From a virus, in IMG/VR virus record IMGVR_UViG_3300036790_000286, positions 3,319 through 67,318 of that record: a stretch of 64,000 nucleotides of DNA. One strand, written 5' to 3'. The translations under genes and the position numbers were made by a program. The notes under the pieces are model-generated. The model saw nothing but the letters and a program-made list of their open reading frames with translations, had not been told where the DNA came from and did no database searches. Positions 45,661 through 55,005 of the stretch are shown here, in pieces; positions within the stretch are counted from its first letter, which is position 1; every line of letters begins with the position of its first letter.

Positions 45661-46194
45661 ATGCCAGCGAAAACGACGAAACGTAAGTCCCCCCGCAAAC
45701 AACCCCTCGCCATCCTCAGCGAAGAGGACCGCACCTTTGTCCACCTTTCCATAAAGTTGGGACCAGAGAAGGCCGCCGCGCACCTCGGCTGGAAGCCGGA
45801 GCAGGTGGAAGGACTGATGCGGATCAAGGCCTTCCGCGATTACCTCAAGCGCTATGAGGCACAGTTCCTGAAGACCATGGCATCGTGGGAAGTAACCCAG
45901 GTCACGAAGTTTCCCGTTGGGCGCGGCGACGTCCTCGGCCGTCTGATCGCGCTGGCCCTGCTGCCGCCGGAAGACACGAAGGGCACCATCGACGGACAGG
46001 TAGAAGCGCTCAACGCCATCAGCGAAATCCTCGGGCTGAAGTTTTCCCCGCGCGATGCCGATGCCTATTTCAAAGACAAGACCCCCGATCAGATCAAAAA
46101 CTATGCGCTTCACGGCAAGTGGGATTTGACCGAGGAGGAGAAGAAGGCCGCCGATGCCGAGCCAGCCAAGTCCGATGGCGCTGATTCCAATTGA
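45661..46194 (+). CDS. Terminase small subunit-like protein
   Basis: HTH-like N-terminus, VLGRLIALA...ALNAISEILGL oligomerisation pattern, directly upstream of TerL. Confidence 0.6.
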   Translation: MPAKTTKRKSPRKQPLAILSEEDRTFVHLSIKLGPEKAAAHLGWKPEQVEGLMRIKAFRDYLKRYEAQFLKTMASWEVTQVTKFPVGRGDVLGRLIALALLPPEDTKGTIDGQVEALNAISEILGLKFSPRDADAYFKDKTPDQIKNYALHGKWDLTEEEKKAADAEPAKSDGADSN

Positions 46195-46933
46195 CGTTGA
46201 GTGGATACTGCGCGCAAAGGCGCGGCGCATCACCGAGCAGAACGAAGAAACTCTCGCGCGCGCCCGGGACGTGGAACATAACGTTTCGGATACAGAGATG
46301 GCGGAGCAAAACCGCCGGGTGCGCGAGGCGACGGCCGATGAGCTGACCTGGCTGCAGAACTACACCGCCACGCACAACCCTCACTGGAAGGAAGAGGACC
46401 GGCCCAACCCCTACGAGCCGTTCCCGGACAAACCCTACTTCCGATGCCTCTTTGACTTCCTGAATGCTCCGGGGAAGGTCAAGCCGATCGAGAAGTCCCG
46501 CGACATGATGATCACCTGGGGCATCATGGGGTACTTCACGCTGGAGGCGATGAAGGTTCCAGAGCGGGAAATCGTGTGCCAGACGATGGAGGAGACCAAG
46601 GCGAAGGAGAACGTCTTCTACGCCCGCACGCTTTACACCCGTCAACCGGAGTGGCTGAAGCAGGCTTTCCCACTGTCGAAGCCGCTGGACAGGATGGCGG
46701 AGAACGAGTTGTCTTTCGCCAATGGGAGCATCATCTGGGGTATTGCGGGCGGCGCCGGCAAGCTGCGCACCTATCACCCGTGGGGCTACTTCAATGATGA
46801 GACGGCGTTCCAGCCCGAAGCCGGATTCTCATATGATGAGTCGCTTTCCGCCGTTCAGAAGATCGTCCTGAACTCAACCGCATGGCCGGGATGGTACTTC
46901 GATTGGTTGAACGACGTGGAGGTTACGAGTTGA
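46175..46933 (+). CDS. Terminase large subunit, ATPase half
   Basis: IEKSRDMMITW (Walker A variant), YFNDETAFQ (Walker B), NST coupling motif. Confidence 0.8.
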   Translation: MALIPIDVEWILRAKARRITEQNEETLARARDVEHNVSDTEMAEQNRRVREATADELTWLQNYTATHNPHWKEEDRPNPYEPFPDKPYFRCLFDFLNAPGKVKPIEKSRDMMITWGIMGYFTLEAMKVPEREIVCQTMEETKAKENVFYARTLYTRQPEWLKQAFPLSKPLDRMAENELSFANGSIIWGIAGGAGKLRTYHPWGYFNDETAFQPEAGFSYDESLSAVQKIVLNSTAWPGWYFDWLNDVEVTS

Positions 46934-46934
46934 A

Positions 46935-48020
46935 ATGAACGCGATGGAAGCGGCACTCCGAAGGCTGAACTCCATGGATGCGCAGGCGCGCATTGAAGTC
47001 ATCCCCGGGGTGCAGCTCCGGCGCAAGGAAAACGGCATCCCCGTTCTCACCATTCACTATTCGGCGGATCCCGACCGCAATCCGGCAACGCCAACCGGGG
47101 CAGCATGGTTTGAGACCGCGCGCGCAGAGCAGTCCAGCCAATCCGCATGGGACAGGGAGCAGGAGATTCAACCGCTGGCCGGCGGCGGCGAACGGGTATT
47201 CGGAAGGGTGCTGGGCCAGTTCCACGATGCAGTGGTGATAACGAGGGAGGATTGGTTCCCCGATCCTCGGTGGGACGTGGTGGCCGGCTTCGACCACGGC
47301 AAGACCAACGCCACCGCGCTGCTCAAGTGCTATGTGGACTTCACCGGGAATCTTTATTTTGCGGGCGAGTATTACTCGATGGCACGGAAGAATTGGGCCA
47401 ACGACGTGGCGATGAATGCTCCCGAGATGCTGAAGATGCCCGACCTGAATAAGATGCGCTGGTGCGTGGCCGACCCGTCTATCTTCCCGGACTCTGAGTT
47501 ACAGAAGGATGGAACCTACGCCTCAGTGAATACGACGTATCGCCGGCACGGGGTGAATTTCCTGAAGCAGTTTGAAGGGGAGCGCAGTGATCTTACCTTT
47601 GTGGAGCGGGTGCTGTCGGATTACTGGCGGGATCTGGAACATCTCCAGCCCAAGCTCTTTATCGTCTGCCGGAACGAGAGCGACCGTATCCAGCCTGGCC
47701 TCCATCCCTACGACTGCCCCAACCTGCTGTGGGAGTTGAACCGGGCCAAGCGTGCGCAGCTCACGGCGCGGCAACTGCTCTCGCGCAACCCCACCGAGAA
47801 CATCGTCGACAAGTGGAACCACGCGCGCGACGCCATGAAATACATCATCTTCACGGTGCGGAAGCCGGCCGAAGTCCCGTTGGGAGACCAGCTCCAACAG
47901 GTGATTGCCGAACTGAACCCCACCAGCGCGGCGATCGCGGCACAGCGGTTCTACGCGGAGAAGGTAAAGACGCGGCAGGTAACCAGTGTCAGCATGAGGC
48001 GGAAGGCTCGGATGCGGTAG
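46935..48020 (+). CDS. Terminase large subunit, RNase H nuclease half
   Basis: HYSADP, WDREQEI, GFDHGKTNAT, ADPSIF, DKWNHARDAMKY. Confidence 0.8.
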   Translation: MNAMEAALRRLNSMDAQARIEVIPGVQLRRKENGIPVLTIHYSADPDRNPATPTGAAWFETARAEQSSQSAWDREQEIQPLAGGGERVFGRVLGQFHDAVVITREDWFPDPRWDVVAGFDHGKTNATALLKCYVDFTGNLYFAGEYYSMARKNWANDVAMNAPEMLKMPDLNKMRWCVADPSIFPDSELQKDGTYASVNTTYRRHGVNFLKQFEGERSDLTFVERVLSDYWRDLEHLQPKLFIVCRNESDRIQPGLHPYDCPNLLWELNRAKRAQLTARQLLSRNPTENIVDKWNHARDAMKYIIFTVRKPAEVPLGDQLQQVIAELNPTSAAIAAQRFYAEKVKTRQVTSVSMRRKARMR

Positions 48021-48098
48021 GCCGGCTCCGCCTTCCTTCGTGTCGATCCACCCGTGGACGTGCATCGTCTGCCCGCAATCGAGACACTTGAAAAAAAG

Positions 48099-48470
48099 GG
48101 GATCTATCCCTTTAACTCCATTCACCCTCAACGCTGTGCGACACATGGCCACGTTGCAGCGCGATGAAATCCAGTGGAGAACGGATCGGCACGCCGTGTT
48201 GCTCCATACACGCGAAGCCCACCGCCACAACCTTGCGAATTTCATCTAGAGCGCCTTCGTCTCCTCGATTGGAAGACCATGCTGCCTCGGCATCGGCGAG
48301 CAACTTGCGCATAATCGTTAGGTATCCGCCGACCTCGTGAGGATGGTCACTCACGGTTCCCCATTTGCGGTTCTGAAACACGCGCTCATCGTGGATGGCG
48401 CTCAAAACTTCTCGATTCATTTCATACTTCATTTGGTCTCCCCTCCACGGGAGTTAAAGGGATAAATCCC
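48099..48470. mobile_element. 372-bp non-autonomous insertion cassette (IS1595-family-like MIC)
   Basis: TIRs GGGATCTATCCCTTTAACTCC (48099-48119) and GGAGTTAAAGGGATAAATCCC (48450-48470) match 20/21; flanked by direct repeats AAAAAAAG (48091-48098, 48471-48478); no transposase. Confidence 0.8.
48112..48432 (-). CDS. Passenger gene, degenerate MazG-like all-alpha protein
   Basis: ERVFQNRKWG...H...YLTIM...DEIRKVVAV pattern; GGAGG SD; stop codon lies in the left TIR. Confidence 0.65.
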   Translation of the reverse strand: MKYEMNREVLSAIHDERVFQNRKWGTVSDHPHEVGGYLTIMRKLLADAEAAWSSNRGDEGALDEIRKVVAVGFACMEQHGVPIRSPLDFIALQRGHVSHSVEGEWS

Positions 48471-48508
48471 AAAAAAAGTGGGGCTTCTCCTTCTCCCATG
48501 AAGCCCCA
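48471..48508 (-). terminator. Rho-independent terminator-like hairpin at the end of the early arm
   Basis: TGGGGCTTC-N12-GAAGCCCCA followed by CTTTTTTT on the - strand. Confidence 0.5.
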
Positions 48509-48573
48509 GAAGTTGCCATTTGGATGGGCCGAACCCTCCGCCGTGGAATAGCCTGGGGTTTTCAGCCCATAGC

Positions 48574-49494
48574 TTAGACCCCCGTGGTAGCTGGAGCCTG
48601 CACTTCCTGCGGGTCTGCTGATGCCGTTGTGGGTTCCCCAGCCCCTGATGGCTGGCTCTCCATATCGGCCAGCGTTGGGGCTGCCGCTGCGCTCATATCT
48701 GGCTGCGATGGGATGTCCGTGCGCTGCTGAGGTTCCGTATCCGGGACCAACTGCGGACCGCCTCCAAGGTGATTCCCGGGGGGATTCACAGCCGTTCTCT
48801 CCTTCTCCCACGCCTGCCGAGCCTGCATGACGGACTCCGCGTTCTCCCTGTCGGCTGGCACATGGAGAGGATCGTGGCCTTTTCCAGCCTCAGCGGCCAG
48901 TAGCGCATCCTGCTTCTGCTTCAGCTCGTCCTGCGACGGCAGCTGCGTGTCGTCGCTGTCTCCCGCCTCACCCTGCATCCGTGGGTCGGTCCCAGCGGTA
49001 AAGTCGTGGACCCGCCGCTCGGACTTCTTATTGTCCTCGCGTACCGGTTCGACCATCGAGGGCACCGTTCTTGATGGCTGCTCAAAGAATCTGTCGGCCG
49101 TCTCCCGGCTGAAGACCGCCGAGGTCCCGCTGGGAATCTCAGGCAACTCATCAATTTCGAGATCCGCAGCTGAAACCTCTGCTGGCAGGTTGTCGACCCA
49201 ATAGATCCCGCGTTTGCCGGCAATGGCTTCAGCGTGGGTATAGTGGGCGACGCCGGCAACACGCTCAAAGGCGCTGGTCCAGTTTGCCCCCGTCAGGGTG
49301 GATGGGTCCGCCTGGGGATTGAGGAACGCCACGGTTAGGGTGGGCTCACCGTCCCCGCCGAGGAGCTCGGGCAGGTGAGAGCTCACGGTGAGGACAAAGG
49401 CGACACAGGCGAAGGTCTTGCCGCCGCCTGCGGACTTGACGATCCGGACCAAGTCGCCGGATTTTACGCTGCGGTTGTAATGGACGCTGATCAA
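48574..49494 (-). CDS. Hypothetical protein with acidic disordered tail
   Basis: 306-aa ORF coupled to the MTase stop. Confidence 0.6.
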   Translation of the reverse strand: MISVHYNRSVKSGDLVRIVKSAGGGKTFACVAFVLTVSSHLPELLGGDGEPTLTVAFLNPQADPSTLTGANWTSAFERVAGVAHYTHAEAIAGKRGIYWVDNLPAEVSAADLEIDELPEIPSGTSAVFSRETADRFFEQPSRTVPSMVEPVREDNKKSERRVHDFTAGTDPRMQGEAGDSDDTQLPSQDELKQKQDALLAAEAGKGHDPLHVPADRENAESVMQARQAWEKERTAVNPPGNHLGGGPQLVPDTEPQQRTDIPSQPDMSAAAAPTLADMESQPSGAGEPTTASADPQEVQAPATTGV

Positions 49495-50855
49495 AGGAGT
49501 TCTCCTTGAATGCTGCTGGTGGTGGTAGTGGTGGTGTCCGGGGCCTCGCGTGGCTCGGAGCGGTTGAATAGCGGCCGGTCTTCTTCGATCCGCCGCCGGG
49601 CCATGGCAGCGTACTCGGGGTTGAGCTCGATGCCGATGTAGCTGCGGCCCAAGCGAAGAGCAGCCACGCCAGTCGTCGCCGAGCCGGAAAATGGATCAAG
49701 CACAACCGAAGGAATGGCGCCGGCGCCAAACAACGTACAGCAGTCGCGCCAGCCAATAGTGCGGTACGCGATGACCGGCTGATCTCCCTCTCCATCCGTT
49801 CGCCCCTGGCGGCGGTGGATAGTTCCATGAGAACCGGGCTCGGTGTCCCACCCATCAGCCAACTTTTGACGGGCACCAGTGTCGTAGGCCTCGACGATCC
49901 GTGACAGAGGTGCGCCGCACACTGCACAGGCCCCCTTCGCGCTCGTTCCGGCCTTAATGCAATGGCTGGGAAGCGCGATGGGAAATGTGGCAAAGTGAGC
50001 CTCTCGGAAAGGCTGGGTGGCCATAGTCCAGACGCTGCGCTTGTTTCGGTGCGTAACGATGTTAGTCACCGCGGCGGCGAAGCTTTCATTTTGCTTGGCT
50101 CTCGGAGGGTGGTGATTCTTTACTCGGGCCAAGCCTGATTGGATCGACATCCCAGCATGTGCGGTACGATCCTTTCGCGGAGTTGTGTGCCGCGGATCTC
50201 GGTCGACACGCATCCGAGAGTGCTGGCCCTCTTTCTTTGCTTTTGGATTGACTCCGCCGCCCCGGGCGTGAGTGTTGGTGCTGCATTTCTCTTTGATAGC
50301 TTCGGCGTCGAAGAAGTAATCTTCGGACTTGGAGAGCAGGAAGATATACTCATGTGCCTTCGTGCAGCGGTCGCTCACCGACTCAGGCATCGGATTCGGC
50401 TTTGCCCAAATGATATCCTGGCGGAGATACCAGCCATCCTCCTGCAGCGCGAAGGCCAGGCGCCATGGCATGCCGAGCAGGTCTTTCGGCTTGATACCGG
50501 GGATGGGATCCTTCTTTGATCTAACTGTCCATGAAGGCACAGAGCCATCCTCTGCGATGCTATGTTTTCCGGTATTTCCGCTCTTGCCGCCACCCCACTT
50601 ATCCGTGTTGCAGTAGCTATCTCCCATGTTTACCCAACAAGTGCCGTCTGCGCGCAGCACGCGACGAACCTCGCCGAAGATCCGTACCATCTTTGCGATG
50701 TACTCCTGAGGATTGGCCTCAAGCCCTATCTGTCCGGCGACTCCGTAGTCGCGCAGTCCCCAGTAGGGCGGCGATGTGACGACGCACTGGACGCTTTCAT
50801 CGGCGAGGACGGCGAGCTCTTCGAGGACGTGGCCGCAACGGATCAGATAGCTCAC
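49491..50855 (-). CDS. DNA N4-cytosine/N6-adenine methyltransferase (beta class)
   Basis: VTSPPYW motif IV, IIWAKPNPMPESV, HFATFP, VLDPFSGSATTG motif I, GIELNPEY. Confidence 0.92.
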   Translation of the reverse strand: MSYLIRCGHVLEELAVLADESVQCVVTSPPYWGLRDYGVAGQIGLEANPQEYIAKMVRIFGEVRRVLRADGTCWVNMGDSYCNTDKWGGGKSGNTGKHSIAEDGSVPSWTVRSKKDPIPGIKPKDLLGMPWRLAFALQEDGWYLRQDIIWAKPNPMPESVSDRCTKAHEYIFLLSKSEDYFFDAEAIKEKCSTNTHARGGGVNPKAKKEGQHSRMRVDRDPRHTTPRKDRTAHAGMSIQSGLARVKNHHPPRAKQNESFAAAVTNIVTHRNKRSVWTMATQPFREAHFATFPIALPSHCIKAGTSAKGACAVCGAPLSRIVEAYDTGARQKLADGWDTEPGSHGTIHRRQGRTDGEGDQPVIAYRTIGWRDCCTLFGAGAIPSVVLDPFSGSATTGVAALRLGRSYIGIELNPEYAAMARRRIEEDRPLFNRSEPREAPDTTTTTTSSIQGELL

Positions 50856-51112
50856 GCGATCACCTCCGTCACCCGTTCAAAGATCAGCAGCTTCCGCCAT
50901 AACTTCCTCCAAACAAAAAGTGCTTTGGCGGAAGCTGTGAGCAGGACCAGTTTTTCCTCGGGTCCAACAAATAGGGCTGGGTCGCGGCCGTCTCTATATG
51001 GCCTATAGGTGTAATGTCGGCGGAAGATCGTGCGGCATGTGTGATTGCCATCCCGCACTTCGATCCACCACCTATCGAGTTCGATCAGAAAGGGCTGCAC
51101 ACCGTTCACCAT
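50852..51112 (-). pseudogene. Mom/GNAT-like phage protein with central deletion
   Basis: RRHY...FVGPEEKLVLLT...ALFVWRK is joined directly to the C-terminal LLIFE. The expected middle is absent (family recalled, not searched). Confidence 0.45.
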
Positions 51113-53559
51113 TTGTTGAATCCCATCTGGAACTCGGTCGCCTCATCCGGCTGGGTATCGCTCCACCGCCCGATCACCGCGTTGTACGCCGCGTGTACCG
51201 TCCCCACCGCCCCGTTCCTCTGCTTCGCGATGATGATTTCCCCCTTGCCCTTGTGGTCTTTGTTCTCGCGTTCGTAGTACTCCTCCCGGTGCAGGAATGC
51301 CACCACGTCCGCATCCTGCTCGATCGCACCCGACTCCCGAAGGTCGGACAGGACCGGCCGCTTGTCGGTCCGCTTCGTGTTCTCGCGGGATATCTGCGCC
51401 AGCAGCACCACGGGGACACCGAGGTCTTTGGCCAGCCGCTTCATGCCGCCGCTCATCTTCGCCACCTCCTGCTCCCGGTTAAAGACTTTGCCGAAGTCCG
51501 CGGCGGACATCAGCTGCAGGTAGTCGACGATCAGCAGGTCCAGCCCCGCGCGCGCCTTCAGGTGCATCGACTCGCTGCGTATCCGGGAGACGGTGGGGGA
51601 AGAGCAATCGTTGATGTAGAGTGGGGCGGTCTTCAGCTCCTCCAGCGCATCCGCAAAGTACCGGCGGTCTTCGGAGGTGAGTTTTCCCGACTTCCAGTGG
51701 CCGCGATCGACACGGCCGCGCGCACACACAATCCGCGCCAGCACCGAGTATTTATCCATTTCCGGGGAGAAGAGCGCCACGGTCTTGCCGTAGTTGAGCG
51801 CCACGTTGCCGGCGAGGTTATCGGCAAAGTCGCTGTTGTGCGTGACGATGAAGTCGTCGGTGATATACAGGCCGCCAGGCGCATCGACCTTGATGCACTG
51901 GCAAACTTCGCGTCCGACGTGACTTATGGCTACGACCGCCTTGTGAGTCCGGCGGACTTTGGTTTTCCTTCTCACCCTCTGGAGGTGTTTCTCCGAGGAA
52001 ACCAGCAGCTCAAGGTCATCAGCCCAAATACGAAGGCGGTAGTTTCTCGCCCCGCATTTCTTCCCGTCGGGGGCGCTATAGGTGGGAATCCTGTCTGCTT
52101 CCGAGACTCTTAATCCCAGTGACCGCGCGAGGTTAAGGATGTCGGTAGCCAGCACGCGAGAACTTGAACTCAATTCGATCGTATTACCGCACCCGTTGAC
52201 GTGACCGTCTGTGTCAATTAGCCCGCGTAGCAATGCGAACCGCTCACTCACCGAAGCCCGGAGGTAATCCAGGGGGATAAACTTTCCAGTGGATTTGTGC
52301 CCCAAAAGGTCGTACTCCGCCAGGGCTCTGAACGCCACACTCCTTCGCTGTCCCTTTTTTCTGCTGCTGATAATGCACGTCTCACCGTCAGAGCAAACGG
52401 AGAGTTCGTCGTCCGGATGAAGGCGCGACCGTACCAGGTCGTGAACGCTAACATCCGGCTTGCTGAACCTCGCGCCTTGCCCCATCGAAAATGAACCATC
52501 TCCCAGAAGCACGCCCATAACGTAGGGGTCGAGGAGCAGTCTCTGAACATGTGGAATAAACTCGATTGGAGCAGGCAGCGGTACGGCGTGATTGGGAGAT
52601 GTCGCCGAATCGGGGCGGACGAGCGTACGCCGGATATCCCTCAGCGTCTTTACCGATCCCCCCATACCGCGTCTGCGCTCGTTCCTCGTTTGAGTCCACC
52701 AAAGGTGATCCTCGGTGCACCGCGTTTTGGTGCCATCCGAAAACAGCACTTCAAAGACAGCTTGATCGCCTTGCGGAAACACCGCAGTGACGTGATAGGG
52801 CCGGCCGTCTCTTCCAACAATTTCAAATCCCGGCTCAACGCATCCCATTGGCACAAATCCTCGAGGAGTAAGGACTTTCGCAGTGACCGGTTGGGCTTTT
52901 CCCATGCTGGGCCTGGCGGCAACGATGACTAACTCCCCGCGCTGGAGCCCGCAGGTCATCGTGTCCAGATCGGTAATCCCACTCTGGATCCCGCGATCTT
53001 TCGCGGTTCGGTCCATCATGGCCGCTGCCGTGAGCGATTCCGAGGCCAGGTATTCGGCGGCCAGCTGGAGTCCGGTTTCCACGCGCTGTGAACTCAGCGC
53101 CTCGATCGCACTGCGGGCGGAACTGAGGATGGATTCGGCTTCTTCTGATTGATCTGCGGCGCGCGTGATGGCGTCGGAGTGGATCCCGATCAGCTGCCGG
53201 AGCATTGCCTTGTCGAGAACGATGGCAACGTAGTCGATGATCGACAGCCGCCGCGGCAGGCCTTCGGTGAGCGAAGCCAGCCAGGCTACCCCGCCGACGG
53301 ACTCTATCTCCTTGTGCTTCCCGAGGGTCTCCGAGAGCGTGACGATATCGCACTGCTGCCGCCTGGTGATGATGTCTCCCATCCGGCGGAAGACCCGCTG
53401 GTGGGCGGTGAGCGCGAAGTCTTCCGGGGCGAGTTTGGCGGAGGCCTCGGCGTAGGCGGCGTTGTCGAGCAGCACCGCGCCGAGGATGGTGCGCTCCGCA
53501 TCGAGGGAGGCGGGGAGACCGCGCTCGAACCTGAGGTCTGGCGCAGCCTTCGCCGTCAT
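51106..53559 (-). CDS. dnaB: Replicative DNA helicase DnaB with intein
   Basis: AERTILGAVLL, AARPSMGK/S P-loop, IVDYLQLM, LAQISR, RPVLSDLRESGAIEQDAD, IIAKQRNG; ATG 53559 overlaps the upstream stop. Confidence 0.95.
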   Translation of the reverse strand: MTAKAAPDLRFERGLPASLDAERTILGAVLLDNAAYAEASAKLAPEDFALTAHQRVFRRMGDIITRRQQCDIVTLSETLGKHKEIESVGGVAWLASLTEGLPRRLSIIDYVAIVLDKAMLRQLIGIHSDAITRAADQSEEAESILSSARSAIEALSSQRVETGLQLAAEYLASESLTAAAMMDRTAKDRGIQSGITDLDTMTCGLQRGELVIVAARPSMGKAQPVTAKVLTPRGFVPMGCVEPGFEIVGRDGRPYHVTAVFPQGDQAVFEVLFSDGTKTRCTEDHLWWTQTRNERRRGMGGSVKTLRDIRRTLVRPDSATSPNHAVPLPAPIEFIPHVQRLLLDPYVMGVLLGDGSFSMGQGARFSKPDVSVHDLVRSRLHPDDELSVCSDGETCIISSRKKGQRRSVAFRALAEYDLLGHKSTGKFIPLDYLRASVSERFALLRGLIDTDGHVNGCGNTIELSSSSRVLATDILNLARSLGLRVSEADRIPTYSAPDGKKCGARNYRLRIWADDLELLVSSEKHLQRVRRKTKVRRTHKAVVAISHVGREVCQCIKVDAPGGLYITDDFIVTHNSDFADNLAGNVALNYGKTVALFSPEMDKYSVLARIVCARGRVDRGHWKSGKLTSEDRRYFADALEELKTAPLYINDCSSPTVSRIRSESMHLKARAGLDLLIVDYLQLMSAADFGKVFNREQEVAKMSGGMKRLAKDLGVPVVLLAQISRENTKRTDKRPVLSDLRESGAIEQDADVVAFLHREEYYERENKDHKGKGEIIIAKQRNGAVGTVHAAYNAVIGRWSDTQPDEATEFQMGFNKW
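51835..52896 (-). mobile_element. Class 3 (Ala1) intein with LAGLIDADG homing endonuclease, 354 aa
   Basis: GK/AQPVTAKVLTP...TEDHLWW...MGVLLGDGS...LLRGLIDTDGH...VCQCIKV...VTHN/S. Confidence 0.9.
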
Positions 53560-54428
53560 GCGATCACCTCCATCACGCTTTCGATGAACGCTTGCGCGAG
53601 CGGGACAACAATCGCATCGCCTGCGAGGCGAAGCAGGCCCACTCTTCCGGAATACCCATGAGCCAGAGGCTGTACCTTGGGTCCAGCTGGCCGGTACTTT
53701 TCGTCCCGGCCCCACCACCAGTCGCAGTCGGCCCAGAAGCCGCGAGTTGCGCCTGCCTCGGCAACTGATCGAGCCGTGAGCGGATCGAGCCATCCGGGTC
53801 CACGCCACTCTCGGACATCCCCGAAGTGTCCTTCCAGTCCCGGGCCGAGGGGGTTGTCACCGCGCACAACGCCGCCACCTGATTGCGTAGACGCTGGGCC
53901 GATTCCTTCGGCATTTTCCCCGCAGCTATAGCGTCCTCCCAGGCCCGCATCGCCTTCGGCCCGTCGGATTTGTGATCCTCGCTCGTTGGAGTCTGCACAC
54001 TCGCCAGCCTTCGTCTGCGAGTGCAGCGTGTCCGGCGTCCCCCGGTGCGCTCCCGTGCATTCCGAGTCCTCGCTGCGGGGAGTCGCAACGGACGCAATGG
54101 TCGCCTTCCCGCTTTCGGCATCGCCAGCATTCGCAGTGGCAAGCTGGGATGAAAGCGCCGCAGCAGTCGCCAAACTGATGCCCCCGCTGTCCTCCCTCCC
54201 GGCAATCGCATAGTCGGGACCCGCAACGCTCGCCTTCGGAGATGGCACAGAAGTACAGTCGTTGGCGGATGTGCGGCGCACCGACGCTGTGTGCTCCCAT
54301 ACCACTCGACCGGATGGGTTGAGGCACGGACCGCGCCGTCCATCGTCGACGCGGTGCTCGGTGTCCCGGTAGCAGACATCGCACCAGAACACCGCGCTCA
54401 CCGTACCCTTTGTGAAATGGTGCGGCAC
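53556..54428 (-). pseudogene. 5'-deleted, frameshifted dual-frame C5 cytosine methyltransferase fused to a small Zn-finger start
   Basis: GAPHIRQRLYF (motif VIII) and LRLAGDAIVVPLA (motif X) lie in different frames; overlapping frame carries TPSARDWKD...LDPRYSLWLMGIPEEW; motifs I, IV and VI are absent. Confidence 0.7.
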
Positions 54429-54430
54429 GG

Positions 54431-54991
54431 CTACCTGCGCCGCCCGCTGGTCCGTGGTGCAGCTACTTCCTCCACCACCGTCTCCTCTTCTTCCTCTTCC
54501 TTTTCGGGCTCCTCCTCGGATTCAGCCCCGGCCGCCTCAGCCTCCTCCGGTGCGGCAGCCTCCTTTTCGAAGAACTCCGTCACGTTCCCGGCCGATTCTT
54601 CGACAGGAAGGGTTTCGCCCACCGCCGGATTTTGGGACGTAGCGAAGTCCAGCTCGGCCTGGCGCTCGGCTTCCGTCATCGGGCGCACCCGCACAAGCTC
54701 GCCGTTGTCCTGGCGGATGTAGCTGACTTCGGCCACATTAGGGACGTCGTAGAAGATGTCGCAGATCGTGTGCCGCATTTCGAAGCCGGCCTGCAGGTTG
54801 GCAAACAACTGGCCCGTGCGCGCTGCGATCGTGGCACGCCTGGTATCAAACTGCGTCTTGACAACCTTCCAGTCGGTCTCGATCGTCTCCTCCTCCCCGT
54901 GGGCCTGGCAGAGTTCCTCTGTCATACGGAGGCGATCTTCGGTGGTGAACGTGTGGCGCACAACTTCAGTGCATTTCGTCAGTCTTGCCAT
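54431..54991 (-). CDS. Hypothetical protein with acidic tail
   Basis: GAGGAGG SD; VRVRPMTEAERQAEL motif. Confidence 0.65.
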   Translation of the reverse strand: MARLTKCTEVVRHTFTTEDRLRMTEELCQAHGEEETIETDWKVVKTQFDTRRATIAARTGQLFANLQAGFEMRHTICDIFYDVPNVAEVSYIRQDNGELVRVRPMTEAERQAELDFATSQNPAVGETLPVEESAGNVTEFFEKEAAAPEEAEAAGAESEEEPEKEEEEEETVVEEVAAPRTSGRRR

Positions 54992-55005
54992 TGGTGTGGT
55001 CCTCC

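Noticed and set aside
48548-48572. ATAGCCTGGGGTTTTCAGCCC resembling a REP or IS200/605 end
   Set aside because: Single imperfect copy with no associated transposase.
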